Positions 19,852-29,054 of a stretch of 64,000 nt of DNA are shown piece by piece. The DNA is from Spirochaetia bacterium. Lineage in GTDB: Bacteria > Spirochaetota > Spirochaetia > UBA9216. Made by a program: the position numbers and the translations under genes. A model generated the notes under the pieces. The model saw only the letters and a list, made by a program, of their open reading frames with translations. It was not told where the DNA came from and did not search any database. The DNA lies in the NCBI GenBank assembly GCA_963677925.2, contig CAXXYH010000004.1, forward strand, positions 2,464,001 to 2,528,000. Reading direction: 5' to 3'. Numbering within the stretch: position 1 is the stretch's first letter; the number at the start of each line of letters is the position of its first letter.

Positions 19852-19896
19852 GAAATTATGAAGCAGAAATGATAAGCTTAAATATTAGAGGTATGT

Positions 19897-20790
19897 ATGA
19901 AAGACAGAGTTTTGATTCTTAAACTTGCTGCCCTTATAACAGCTGTTATTTTGATTGGAAGCTGCGGACTAGCCGTTGGTTCAGTATCACTGTATATAAC
20001 AGATTCGCCTGTTGAGGATGAAGATATTGAAAGTGTATTTATAACAGTGAATTCGATAGAATATCATATAGAAGAACCTGATGAGTGGATAGAAGTTACT
20101 GATTTTGAAGGCCCGGTTACCTATGATCTTTTATCACTTACAAACGGTGTAAGTGAAATGATGGGTGAATTTACATTTCCCTCAGGCCGGATAACTCAGC
20201 TCAGGTTTCATCTTGATGCGCCTGCTACCGGAGACAGTCCTCCTTCCAATCCCGGCTGTTATGTGAAACTTGCAGGAGACAGTGCTGAATATCCGTTGTT
20301 TGTACCAAGCGGAAGTACTTCCGGGTTCAAGGCTACCGGAGCCTTTGATGTTCCGCTGTATTCTTCTGTGACTGTTACCGCAGATTTTGATGTCAGAAAA
20401 TCGGTAAAGAATACCGGTGATACCGAAAACCCTCTATATAAACTGAGCCCCACTATCAGGCTTGTTGTTGATAATGAAGCAGGTAAAATAGAGGGCGACG
20501 TCACCTACGGCGGCAGCAGCAGTCTTGTTGTATTCAGTTATAAAGACGGTGAATATTCTTCTGACGAATTGAGTTCTGATCCGTTATTCAGTTCGGCAGT
20601 GAGCAGTGCTTCAGTATCTCCAGGAGCTGATGGTAGTGACTTTATTCTTGCGTATCTTTCTGCAGGAATATACGATCTTGTTTTTGCTGAATTTGATTCG
20701 GACGGGAATTTTATTGTTTCGAGTGTGAAAATTAAGGAAGATGTTACGGTCACAGAGGGAGAAACCTCTGAAGTTGGTTTTGGTTACTGA
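19897..20790 (+). CDS. DUF4382-like lipoprotein
   Basis: Lipobox LIGS-C; LYITDSP, YDLLSLTNG, VPSGSTSG, ADFDVRKSV and YKLSPTIR motifs. Confidence 0.75.
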   Translation: MKDRVLILKLAALITAVILIGSCGLAVGSVSLYITDSPVEDEDIESVFITVNSIEYHIEEPDEWIEVTDFEGPVTYDLLSLTNGVSEMMGEFTFPSGRITQLRFHLDAPATGDSPPSNPGCYVKLAGDSAEYPLFVPSGSTSGFKATGAFDVPLYSSVTVTADFDVRKSVKNTGDTENPLYKLSPTIRLVVDNEAGKIEGDVTYGGSSSLVVFSYKDGEYSSDELSSDPLFSSAVSSASVSPGADGSDFILAYLSAGIYDLVFAEFDSDGNFIVSSVKIKEDVTVTEGETSEVGFGY

Positions 20791-20806
20791 GTAACTTCAG
20801 AGTATT

Positions 20807-21514
20807 TTATTCATCATATATTGAGACTATACCGTTAATGGTTTTTTTAAGGGATTCCTGAAAAGTGTTAACTGCGCCTTCGGAATCCTTTTCTTTTATA
20901 TTTTTCACCAGCTCAATGGTGTTTTTGTAAAGCTGCTCATTCCCATGCAGCGTAAAGTATTTCTCCCACAGCATTGTAGAGAGCTCCTTAAAGGAATAGA
21001 AAATAACCGGCAGCATTGTGTTGCCCGAAAGAATGCAGAGTTCCTGGTGGAATATGAATATAGTTTCGGCAGAGCTTTCAGGTGTCTTTGATTTTCCAAA
21101 ATTGTCTGCAAGCTTAGTCAATACCTCTATATCTGATTCTGATACAGCAGGCACCAGGAGTTCAAGTGCAAGTGTCTCAAAGACCAGTCTGATTTCAAGA
21201 AGTGACTTCATTTCAGTTTTTTTCAGATTGCCGCCGTTGTACCGCAGAATGGCCATCAGAGTTTCAACAGTTCCCCGCCTGTGGTAGTCAGCTACAAATG
21301 CTCCGATTCTCGGCTTTATTTCAACAAAGCCTATGCCTGCCAGTTCTGTAAGTCCTGAATTTACCACAGCACGGCTCACACCCATTTTTTCCGCCAGTTC
21401 TCTCTCAGGGGGAAGTCTGTCACCAATACTTAGTTTTCCTGAAATTATCATATTCTCAATTTCTCTTACGAAAAGATCCTTTAATGAGGGCGAGGACAGT
21501 CTTGAAAACTCCAT
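20807..21514 (-). CDS. GntR/FadR-family transcriptional regulator
   Basis: GDRLPPERELAEKMGVSR wHTH plus FCD domain; start at 21514 behind AAGGAG. Confidence 0.92.
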   Translation of the reverse strand: MEFSRLSSPSLKDLFVREIENMIISGKLSIGDRLPPERELAEKMGVSRAVVNSGLTELAGIGFVEIKPRIGAFVADYHRRGTVETLMAILRYNGGNLKKTEMKSLLEIRLVFETLALELLVPAVSESDIEVLTKLADNFGKSKTPESSAETIFIFHQELCILSGNTMLPVIFYSFKELSTMLWEKYFTLHGNEQLYKNTIELVKNIKEKDSEGAVNTFQESLKKTINGIVSIYDE

Positions 21515-21531
21515 AAAAAAGCTCCTTGTAC

Positions 21532-21542
21532 TGGTCATACCA
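21532..21542. promoter_or_regulatory. FadR-type operator TGGT-N3-ACCA
   Basis: TGGTCATACCA just upstream of the GntR/FadR RBS, in the divergent intergenic region. Confidence 0.55.
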
Positions 21543-21624
21543 AAGACCAAAAAATAATTATATTATGAAAGAATCAATAAATCAATATATTTAAACAAAA
21601 TAGAACGCAATAGATAAATATTTA

Positions 21625-21653
21625 TTGACAATACCAGAAAGTGGAATTAGACT
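21625..21653 (+). promoter_or_regulatory. sigma70-type promoter of the hypB/hypA operon
   Basis: TTGACA-17 bp-TAGACT. Confidence 0.65.
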
Positions 21654-21679
21654 GGATCTGTCAAATAAGGAGTCGAAAA

Positions 21680-22354
21680 ATGAATATTACCTTCTCAATG
21701 CTGCTGGCTGCAGCATTCACAGCGGGAGTACTGCATACTCTGACAGGTCCCGATCATTACGTTCCGTTTATTGTTTTTTCAAGTTCAGGAAACTGGTCTC
21801 TTAAGAAAACGCTCGGCATGACCCTGATCTGCGGACTGGGGCACATCCTTTCAGCAGTCCTCGTTGCATATGGAGCACTGAAAATCAGTTCAATCATGCT
21901 AAGCCTTGAAACGATTGAAGCAATCCGGGGCGGTTTTGCAGCCTGGGCATTGACTGTCTTCGGGTTTACCTATGCGCTTTGGGGACTTAGAAAGATTATA
22001 TCAGGAAGAAAAGCTGTGAAGGAACATATTGAGAATGTCGGACAGAACAGCAGTCTCAGTAAACGAAAGAATGTAGTTAGCTGGACGCTTTTTCTAATCT
22101 TTGTCTTCGGGCCTTGTGAACCTCTAATTCCCTTCATCCTTTTTCCGGAATCTTCAGTATCAGGCAATCAGATTATTGCAGTAACTTCAGTTTTCGGTGC
22201 AGCAACCCTGCTAACAATGCTTACAGTAGTAACATTTGCAACAGCAGGTTTAAAAAGATTTCCGCTGCATAATTTTTTCAGCCGCTTCGGACATACCCTT
22301 GCCGGCAGTATTGTAGGCTGCTGCGGACTTGCTATGACCTTTCTTGGACTTTAG
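21680..22354 (+). CDS. Putative nickel/cobalt permease (UreH/NiCoT/DsbD_2-like)
   Basis: GVLHTLTGPDH, GLGH and GPCEP motifs with about 6 TM helices; start behind AAGGAG. Confidence 0.72.
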   Translation: MNITFSMLLAAAFTAGVLHTLTGPDHYVPFIVFSSSGNWSLKKTLGMTLICGLGHILSAVLVAYGALKISSIMLSLETIEAIRGGFAAWALTVFGFTYALWGLRKIISGRKAVKEHIENVGQNSSLSKRKNVVSWTLFLIFVFGPCEPLIPFILFPESSVSGNQIIAVTSVFGAATLLTMLTVVTFATAGLKRFPLHNFFSRFGHTLAGSIVGCCGLAMTFLGL

Positions 22355-22375
22355 TAAGGCTTAAGGAGTACGACA

Positions 22376-23047
22376 ATGGATAAATACAAGGTTATAGAAA
22401 TTAAAAAAAATGTTTTTGAAAGCAACGATAATGAGGCTGCAAAATTGAGAGCTGGACTGAGAAAAGACGGGGTTTTCCTTCTTAACCTGATGTCATCTCC
22501 CGGATCCGGAAAGACCACAACCGTAATGCAGACTATCGGCAAACTCAGGGACAGTCTGAACATCCGTGTTCTTGAAGCAGATCTTGATTCTGATGTTGAT
22601 GCTGCAACTGTTCACAATTCAGGGGTCAAGGTTCTTCAGCTTCATTCAGGCGGAATGTGTCATTTGAATGCAGATATGGTCAGACAGGGGCTGACCGAAC
22701 TGGGCACAGAGGATACAGACCTTATTATCCTGGAGAATATTGGAAATCTGATATGTACTGCAGAGTTTGATACAGGAGCCGCAAAAAACGCAATGATACT
22801 CAGTGTGCCGGAAGGTGATGACAAGCCGCTGAAATATCCATCGATGTTCAAAATGACTGATGTTCTTATAGTTAACAAGATTGATGCAATGGAGTTCTTT
22901 GATTTTAATCTTGAGCGGTTGGAAGGATATGTAAGGAAACTGAATCCGGATGTGAAGATATTTCCCGTATCCGCAAAGACGGGTGAAGGCATTGATGCCT
23001 GGACTCAGTGGCTAAAAAATGAAGTCGAACTTTGGAGGAAATCCTGA
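22376..23047 (+). CDS. hypB: Nickel-insertion GTPase HypB
   Basis: NLMSSPGSGKTT, GGMCHL, ENIGNLIC, SVPEGDDKPLKYP, NKID, VSAKTGEG. Confidence 0.93.
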   Translation: MDKYKVIEIKKNVFESNDNEAAKLRAGLRKDGVFLLNLMSSPGSGKTTTVMQTIGKLRDSLNIRVLEADLDSDVDAATVHNSGVKVLQLHSGGMCHLNADMVRQGLTELGTEDTDLIILENIGNLICTAEFDTGAAKNAMILSVPEGDDKPLKYPSMFKMTDVLIVNKIDAMEFFDFNLERLEGYVRKLNPDVKIFPVSAKTGEGIDAWTQWLKNEVELWRKS

Positions 23048-25736
23048 TGGACTACAGAGAAAAGATTCTCGATCTTGCAAATCATATAAACAGGACAAAG
23101 AAGGGCTCTTCAAGGGCAATTAAACCAGGTGATCCTGAATACATGATTCTGGAACCTGTTGTAACCGATGCAATGGCTGAGGCTGCTATGTGCCTTGAAT
23201 TGCGGAAACCTAAAAGTGCAGTCGAGGTTGCCTTGCTCTGCGGCAGGGATTCTGCTGATACTTCAGCACTGCTCTGGGAACTTGCAATGGCCGGCGTCTG
23301 TTTTGTAAATGAAATAGACGGCACCGACAAGTACTGGCTTGAAACCTGGATTCCGGGTGTCATGGAAATGATGACCAACAATAAAGAGAATGTCGCCAGA
23401 TTTCCGCAGATAGCCGAAGCTTTCGAGGCATACGGCCGGGTACGCGGACCTCAGTCTGCAGGAAATTTTCCGGTTGGTGTAGGTCTAATGCGGGTTATTC
23501 CAATTGAACGCTCTATAGAAGGCGAGACCCGCAAGGCCTCCTATGAGGAAGTTTCGAAATACCTGAATGAAAACGACCGCTTTTCTGTTTCCGACTGTGC
23601 CTGCCGTACAGCCCGTGAGGCAATGGGTGAAGGCTGCGGCCATCTGAAAGAAGACATGTGCATACAGATGGGACATGCGCGGAGTACTACATTCGAACCG
23701 GGCGCGGCCGTGAGATAGATCGTAACGAAGCCTTCGAAATCATCAAAAGGGCTGAAGATAATGGACTGATGCACCAGATACCCAATACCGACGGTTCAGG
23801 TAACACGCATGCAATATGCAACTGCTGCGGCTGTTCCTGTCTGTCTTTAAGAACAGCAGAGATGTTTATCAACAACGATATGGTCCGTTCAAATTATGTA
23901 TCTGATGTAGATATTGATAAATGTGTGGCCTGCGGAGAATGCGTTGAGGTTTGTCCGGTAAATGCTCTTCAGCTTGGTCATAAACTCTGTTCGGATACAC
24001 CCCAGAATATCCCGGTACGTGAAACCCCCGAGGTCACAGAATGGGGACCTGAAAAGTGGAATCCTGATTATCGAACAAACAGGCAGGTCGTTCTTGAATC
24101 AGGAACCAGTCCATGCAAGGCTGAATGTCCTGCACATATAGGTATTCAGGGTTATGTAAAACTTGCTTCACAGGGAAAGTATACAGAGGCATTAGAGCTT
24201 ATTAAAACCGAGAATCCCTTTCCCGCGATCTGCGGCCGTATCTGTCCGCGAAAATGCGAATCTGCATGTACCAGGGGCGATATAGATGACCCAATTGCGA
24301 TTGATGACATCAAGAAATTTATTGCCGAGAAAGACCTTCATGCAGAAACCAGATTTATTCCCAGGAAACGTCATGACTACGGTAAAAAAATTGCTGTAAT
24401 AGGCTCAGGCCCGGCAGGGCTTTCCTGTGCTTACTACCTTGCTGTAGACGGTTACAAAGTTACTGTTTTTGAAAAAAACAGCAGCCCCGGCGGAATGCTC
24501 ACAACGGGCATTCCTTCATTCAGGCTTGAAAAGGATGTCGTCAGTGCAGAAATTGACATTATCAAAGAACTCGGCGTAGAAATCCGCTGCGGAGTGGAGG
24601 TTGGAAAAGATGTTTCAATTGACGGACTTCGAAAAGACGGGTTTCAAGCCTTCTATCTTGCAATTGGTGCACAGTCGGGAAGAGCCCTTGGAATTGAAGG
24701 TGAGGATGCAGAAGGGGTCATTACAGGAGTTGATTTTCTGCTGAATGTAAGCTGCGGTGAACTGAATGATTTCACAGGGAGAACAGTAGTTATCGGCGGA
24801 GGCAACGTAGCAATTGATGTAGCCCGGACGGCTGTAAGATCCGGGGCTGATAAAACCGAAATGTTCTGCCTGGAAGGCAGGGAACAGATGCCGGCGCTTG
24901 AAGAAGAAGTTGATGAGGCGCTTTCTGAAGGAATTTATATTAACAACTCCTGGGGACCGAAAAGAATAATCACCGAAAAGGGAAAAGTGAAGGCTGTTGA
25001 GTTTCGAAAGTGCCTATCGGTATTTAATGCAGAGGGAAGGTTTTCACCGGTATACGATGAATCGGATACGCTTACTGTTGAAGCCGACAATGTTCTGATT
25101 TCTGTAGGACAGGCAATTGACTGGGGGAATCTGCTTGATGGTACCGGCGTAAAACTGAACCCCAACAACACCGTGATTGCCGATCCGGAAACATGGCAGA
25201 CCGGTGAGGCTGATATCTTTGCCGGAGGCGATGCTGTAACAGGACCAAAATTTGCCATTGACGCAATTGCTCTGGGCAAGGAGGGTGCTATATCCATCCA
25301 CCGCTACGTACAGCCGGGGCAGAGTCTTGTTTACGGACGAACTAAACGCAACTATAAACCGCTTGATAAGGAAAACCTCATCCTTGCCGGATTCGACAGA
25401 ATGCCGAGGCAGAGCACATCTCATGTGAGCGGAGATGATTCGAAAAAAACCTTCAGCGATCTTCGGGAAACCTTTACCGAAGAACAGGTCATCAAAGAAA
25501 CTGAACGCTGTCTTGGATGCGGAGCAGTGGTTGTTGATAAATTCATGTGCGTCGGCTGTGGAGCCTGTACCCTGAAGTGCCGTTTTGATGCAATAAAACT
25601 TGAAAGAAAATACGACGCTGAAGGCCTGGTACTTACCGATATAAGACCCGCTGTTATGAAGCAGATGGTGAAGCGGAAGCTGAAAATAGCGGTTAACAAA
25701 CCTATCAAGGCTGTCAAGTCAGCTCTGGGCGGGTAA
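23047..25736 (+). pseudogene. Large Fe-S/FAD NAD(P)H oxidoreductase (Cys-rich N-domain, ferredoxin, GltD-like module, ferredoxin), split by a 1-nt frameshift near 23679
   Basis: ORFs 23047-23718 and 23658-25736 join into one ~896-aa frame if one base is added in CATGCGCGGAG (CIQMGHA-A-EYYIRTG). Motifs: CACR..GCGH..CIQ, CNCCGCSC, CVACGECVEVCP, PCKAECP, CGRICPRKCESAC, GSGPAG, GGGNVAID, CVGCGACTLKC. Could be a sequencing error. Confidence 0.8.
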
Positions 25737-25740
25737 TGCT

Positions 25741-26082
25741 TTGCACGAACTTGGTGTTGTAATTGAAGTGATTAAAACGGTTGAAGAAGTAGCCGCGGAG
25801 AGCGGAGTAACCAGTATTGAGTCGCTTGTTCTTCAGATAGGAGAACTTTCCTCAATAGTTCCCCGTTATGTGCAGGACTGCTATCCTGCAGCCGCCGACG
25901 GAACACTTCTTGAAAATACAAGGCTTGAAATTGAGATCCTGCCCGGAAACGGGCTCTGCCGCGGCTGCGGTAAGGTATTCAACCTTGCAGCGGAGAAAAG
26001 TATTTGTCCATCCTGTTCGGCTTCGGATTTTGAAATCCTGGGCGGACGGGAATTTATGATCAAAGAAATTGTCGCCTGTTAG
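25741..26082 (+). CDS. hypA: Nickel metallochaperone HypA
   Basis: MHE N-terminus (TTG start), IGELS, CRGC and CPSC Zn finger, GREFMIKEI. Confidence 0.93.
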   Translation: MHELGVVIEVIKTVEEVAAESGVTSIESLVLQIGELSSIVPRYVQDCYPAAADGTLLENTRLEIEILPGNGLCRGCGKVFNLAAEKSICPSCSASDFEILGGREFMIKEIVAC

Positions 26083-26116
26083 GCCGGCATGAAAATCTAT
26101 TTATATGGAGTAATAG

Positions 26117-27118
26117 ATGTTTACTTTTAATACTGCCGCCGGCGCCAATATTGCGTCGGCCTGGGGAATGTGGATAGTTGTGTTCGCGGCCCTGTTTATT
26201 CTTAATGAACTTGCACGCAGGTGGAAGGCTGCTGGATTCACAGCCTTTGTAGTTCTGCCTGCAGTACTTACTGTTCTGTGGTTTACAGTAATGAGTGATA
26301 CCACTTATACCGACTGGTTTCACCTGGCAAAGGTGTATTCATCAACTGCCGGCTGTATTGGTTTCTGGCTTATACGTCACCTTAAAGGAACAAACAAACT
26401 TACCGGTAAGCAGTGGAGACTTTCGGACAAGAAACTCGCTCTGATATTTCCTCCGCTGATCCTTGCTATCAATATTCTTGAAGCATGTGTTAGGGATTTT
26501 CAGATTGGTCTTCAGTACACAGGCGGCGGAATAACTGCCGATGAGGGAGTTTTTGTTCTTGGCGGTATATGGAACTATATGAACGGAATTGCAGGACTTC
26601 TTAATATTATAGCTATCACCGGATGGTTTGGTATTGTAATCAGGCGGCAGACAGAATGTGATAAGAGCCGCGACATGCTCTGGCCTGATATGCTCTGGTT
26701 CTGGATCATTGCCTATGATATCTGGAACTTCACATACACATACAACTGTCTGCCTCATCATGCATGGTACTGCGGTTTTGCCCTGCTGCTGGCGCCTACA
26801 CTATGTGCTTTCACAGTAGGCAAGGGGGCATGGCTTCAGCACCGTGCTCAGACTCTGGCACTCTGGTGCATGTTTGCACAGACCTTTCCGGCATTCCAGG
26901 ATGAGGGGATGTTTGCTGTTACCTCTACCTACAAGCCGGGACTGTATATGTTCTGGGGAGTACTTTCACTTGCAGTTAATATTGCAGTAATCGTGTATAT
27001 GCTTATCCGGGTTAAGAAAACCGGACGCAATCCGTATAAAGGAGAACTTTACACTGATAACCCGAAGTATCTTGAAGTTAAGGCTCTTGCAGAGGAACCT
27101 GCCGGAGCGGCTGTCTAA
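26117..27118 (+). CDS. Conserved polytopic membrane protein (DUF5692-like)
   Basis: About 9 TM segments; WFHLAKVYS, INILEA, WIIAYDIWNFTYTYNC and WLQHRAQTL motifs. Confidence 0.7.
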   Translation: MFTFNTAAGANIASAWGMWIVVFAALFILNELARRWKAAGFTAFVVLPAVLTVLWFTVMSDTTYTDWFHLAKVYSSTAGCIGFWLIRHLKGTNKLTGKQWRLSDKKLALIFPPLILAINILEACVRDFQIGLQYTGGGITADEGVFVLGGIWNYMNGIAGLLNIIAITGWFGIVIRRQTECDKSRDMLWPDMLWFWIIAYDIWNFTYTYNCLPHHAWYCGFALLLAPTLCAFTVGKGAWLQHRAQTLALWCMFAQTFPAFQDEGMFAVTSTYKPGLYMFWGVLSLAVNIAVIVYMLIRVKKTGRNPYKGELYTDNPKYLEVKALAEEPAGAAV

Positions 27119-27150
27119 CTTTAGGGTAAACTAAACGTGTTCGGCTAATC

Positions 27151-27176
27151 ACCGCGTCTTCGGGCGCGGTTTTTTT
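27151..27176 (+). terminator. Rho-independent terminator
   Basis: ACCGCGTC-TTCG-GGCGCGGT followed by a T-run. Confidence 0.88.
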
Positions 27177-27305
27177 ATTTTTTATAAGTAATTAGTAAAT
27201 AAATTGCTTATATATAGAAATAATGTTATATTGAATACAGAAAGTTGAAGCAAACCAAAGTTCCGCATCTCTGAACCAATTTTCGAAGCTAAATCGGAGG
27301 TGTTT

Positions 27306-28166
27306 ATGAAATTAAATGGAAAAGTAATTGTTATCACCGGAGCAGGCGGAGGAATAGGACGTCAGCTTGTTGTTCAGGCTCTTGATGAAGGAGCATCAGT
27401 AGCGGCAGTGGATATAAATCCTGATGCCCTTGAGGCAACACAGCTTGCAGCCGGAAAACATGCCGACAGGCTGTCTCTTCACACTGCCAATATTACAGAC
27501 AGACACGCTGTCTGCGGTCTTCCTGAGGCTGTAAAAGCAGCCCATGGTAAAATTGATGCCATTATAAACAATGCAGGTATTATTCAGCCTTTTATTCCCT
27601 TTGCTGAACTTGACTATGAAACTATTCAAAGGGTTATGAATATAAATATCTACGGCATGATGTATATGACCCGTGCTTTTCTTCCGTATATCGGTGAATC
27701 CGCTGAGGGGTATATTGCAAACGTTTCAAGTATGGGCGGATTTCTGCCTGTTCCCGGTCAGGCTCTCTACGGGGCTTCAAAGGCTGCAGTAAAGCTGCTT
27801 ACAGAAGCCCTCAGATCAGAGCTGATAAATACAAATATACATGTTTCTGTAATTATGCCGGGCGGTGTTGCCACTGATATTACAAAGAATTCAGGTGTAG
27901 AAGCAAGTTCAAATGCTACCGAAGAAAACAGCTCAAACTACAAGATGACTACGCCCGAGGAAGCTGCGGCAATAATATTATCAGGAATAAAAAAGAATAA
28001 ACCGCGAATCCTTGTCGGTAAAGACGCAAAATTTATGGATTTTCTCAGCCGTCTGGCTCCTGTAAAGGCCAGCCAGTACATAACCAAAATGATGGCATCA
28101 CTTGTGGAACAACGGGGCGGAAATGAGGGACTGAAGACTGCAGGCTGTCTTGGGAAAGATAAGTAA
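27306..28166 (+). CDS. Short-chain dehydrogenase/reductase
   Basis: TGAGGGIG, NNAG, SS, YGASK; GGAGG RBS before ATG 27306. Confidence 0.93.
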   Translation: MKLNGKVIVITGAGGGIGRQLVVQALDEGASVAAVDINPDALEATQLAAGKHADRLSLHTANITDRHAVCGLPEAVKAAHGKIDAIINNAGIIQPFIPFAELDYETIQRVMNINIYGMMYMTRAFLPYIGESAEGYIANVSSMGGFLPVPGQALYGASKAAVKLLTEALRSELINTNIHVSVIMPGGVATDITKNSGVEASSNATEENSSNYKMTTPEEAAAIILSGIKKNKPRILVGKDAKFMDFLSRLAPVKASQYITKMMASLVEQRGGNEGLKTAGCLGKDK

Positions 28167-28269
28167 TGGCGTAATTGCAATTTAATCAAAATCTAACAAT
28201 CTTAATCCTATAATAGCATTAACTTAATATATGAACTGCTTAAAGCAGGCTGATTATAGGAGTGAATAT

Positions 28270-28980
28270 TTGGATGAGGATAAGATTAAAAGCAATACAC
28301 TGACTGCCGAGGCTCTGGGAACATTTTTTCTTGTACTGATTGGCTGCGGCTCAATCGTTGTAAATAATGCAGCGGACGGGGTAATTGGCCATGCGGGTAT
28401 TTCTGCGGTTTTTGGAATGGTTGTTATGGCCATGATCTACTCAGTGGGCAATATTTCAGGAGCTCATCTGAATCCTGCTGTGACTATAGGCTTTCTTTTT
28501 GCTAAAAGAATCGGGATAAAGCAGGCTGTGTTCTACATAATATTTCAGATTATCGGGGCTGTTGCAGCTTCTCTGCTTTTGAAGTTTCTTTTTCCCCAGA
28601 GTCAGGGGCTTGGTGAGACCATTCCGGCGATAAATGTGATTAGGGCATTAACAATAGAAGTTGTGCTTACCTTCCTGCTTATGTTTGTAATTCTTAACGT
28701 CTCTACCGGTCATATGGAGAAAGGGATCATGGCCGGTGTAGCGATAGGTGCAACCGTCTGTATTGCTGCAATAGTCGGTGGCCCTCTCACCGGCGCTTCA
28801 ATGAATCCCGCACGCTCGCTTGGTCCCGGACTTATAAGCGGAAACCTTGCTCATATCTGGATCTACATAGCCGGTCCTATCATCGGTGCTGTTCTTGCCT
28901 CTCCGCTCTGCCGAATACTTCAGGGGCCCGAATGCTGTTATGTGGATTGTGATGTAAATAAATCGGTCGATGACCGATAA
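28270..28980 (+). CDS. MIP-family channel (aquaporin/aquaglyceroporin)
   Basis: AEALGTF, SGAHLNPAVT, GASMNPARS; TTG start at 28270 behind GGAG (28231 is the alternative). Confidence 0.92.
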   Translation: MDEDKIKSNTLTAEALGTFFLVLIGCGSIVVNNAADGVIGHAGISAVFGMVVMAMIYSVGNISGAHLNPAVTIGFLFAKRIGIKQAVFYIIFQIIGAVAASLLLKFLFPQSQGLGETIPAINVIRALTIEVVLTFLLMFVILNVSTGHMEKGIMAGVAIGATVCIAAIVGGPLTGASMNPARSLGPGLISGNLAHIWIYIAGPIIGAVLASPLCRILQGPECCYVDCDVNKSVDDR

Positions 28981-28995
28981 ATAGCCTGATCTCAT

Positions 28996-29025
28996 TTGAC
29001 AGCCTCTAATAAAAGAGGATACAAT
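28996..29025 (+). promoter_or_regulatory. sigma70-type promoter of PFOR
   Basis: TTGACA-18 bp-TACAAT. Confidence 0.6.
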
Positions 29026-29054
29026 CGATCTATCCCACACACAAGGATCGAAAT

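Noticed and set aside
23660-23720. Programmed ribosomal frameshift or selenocysteine readthrough
   Set aside because: No slippery sequence or stimulatory structure is evident. The two ORFs are in different frames, so stop readthrough cannot join them.
22376-26082. hypA/hypB as maturases of the hydrogenase at 40431-45907
   Set aside because: That enzyme has H-cluster motifs ([FeFe] type), which are matured by HydEFG, not Hyp proteins.
27119-27300. Possible c-di-GMP riboswitch (GGGTAAAC) or sRNA after the DUF5692-like gene
   Set aside because: No P2 stem or tetraloop receptor can be formed; a terminator and the SDR promoter explain the region.
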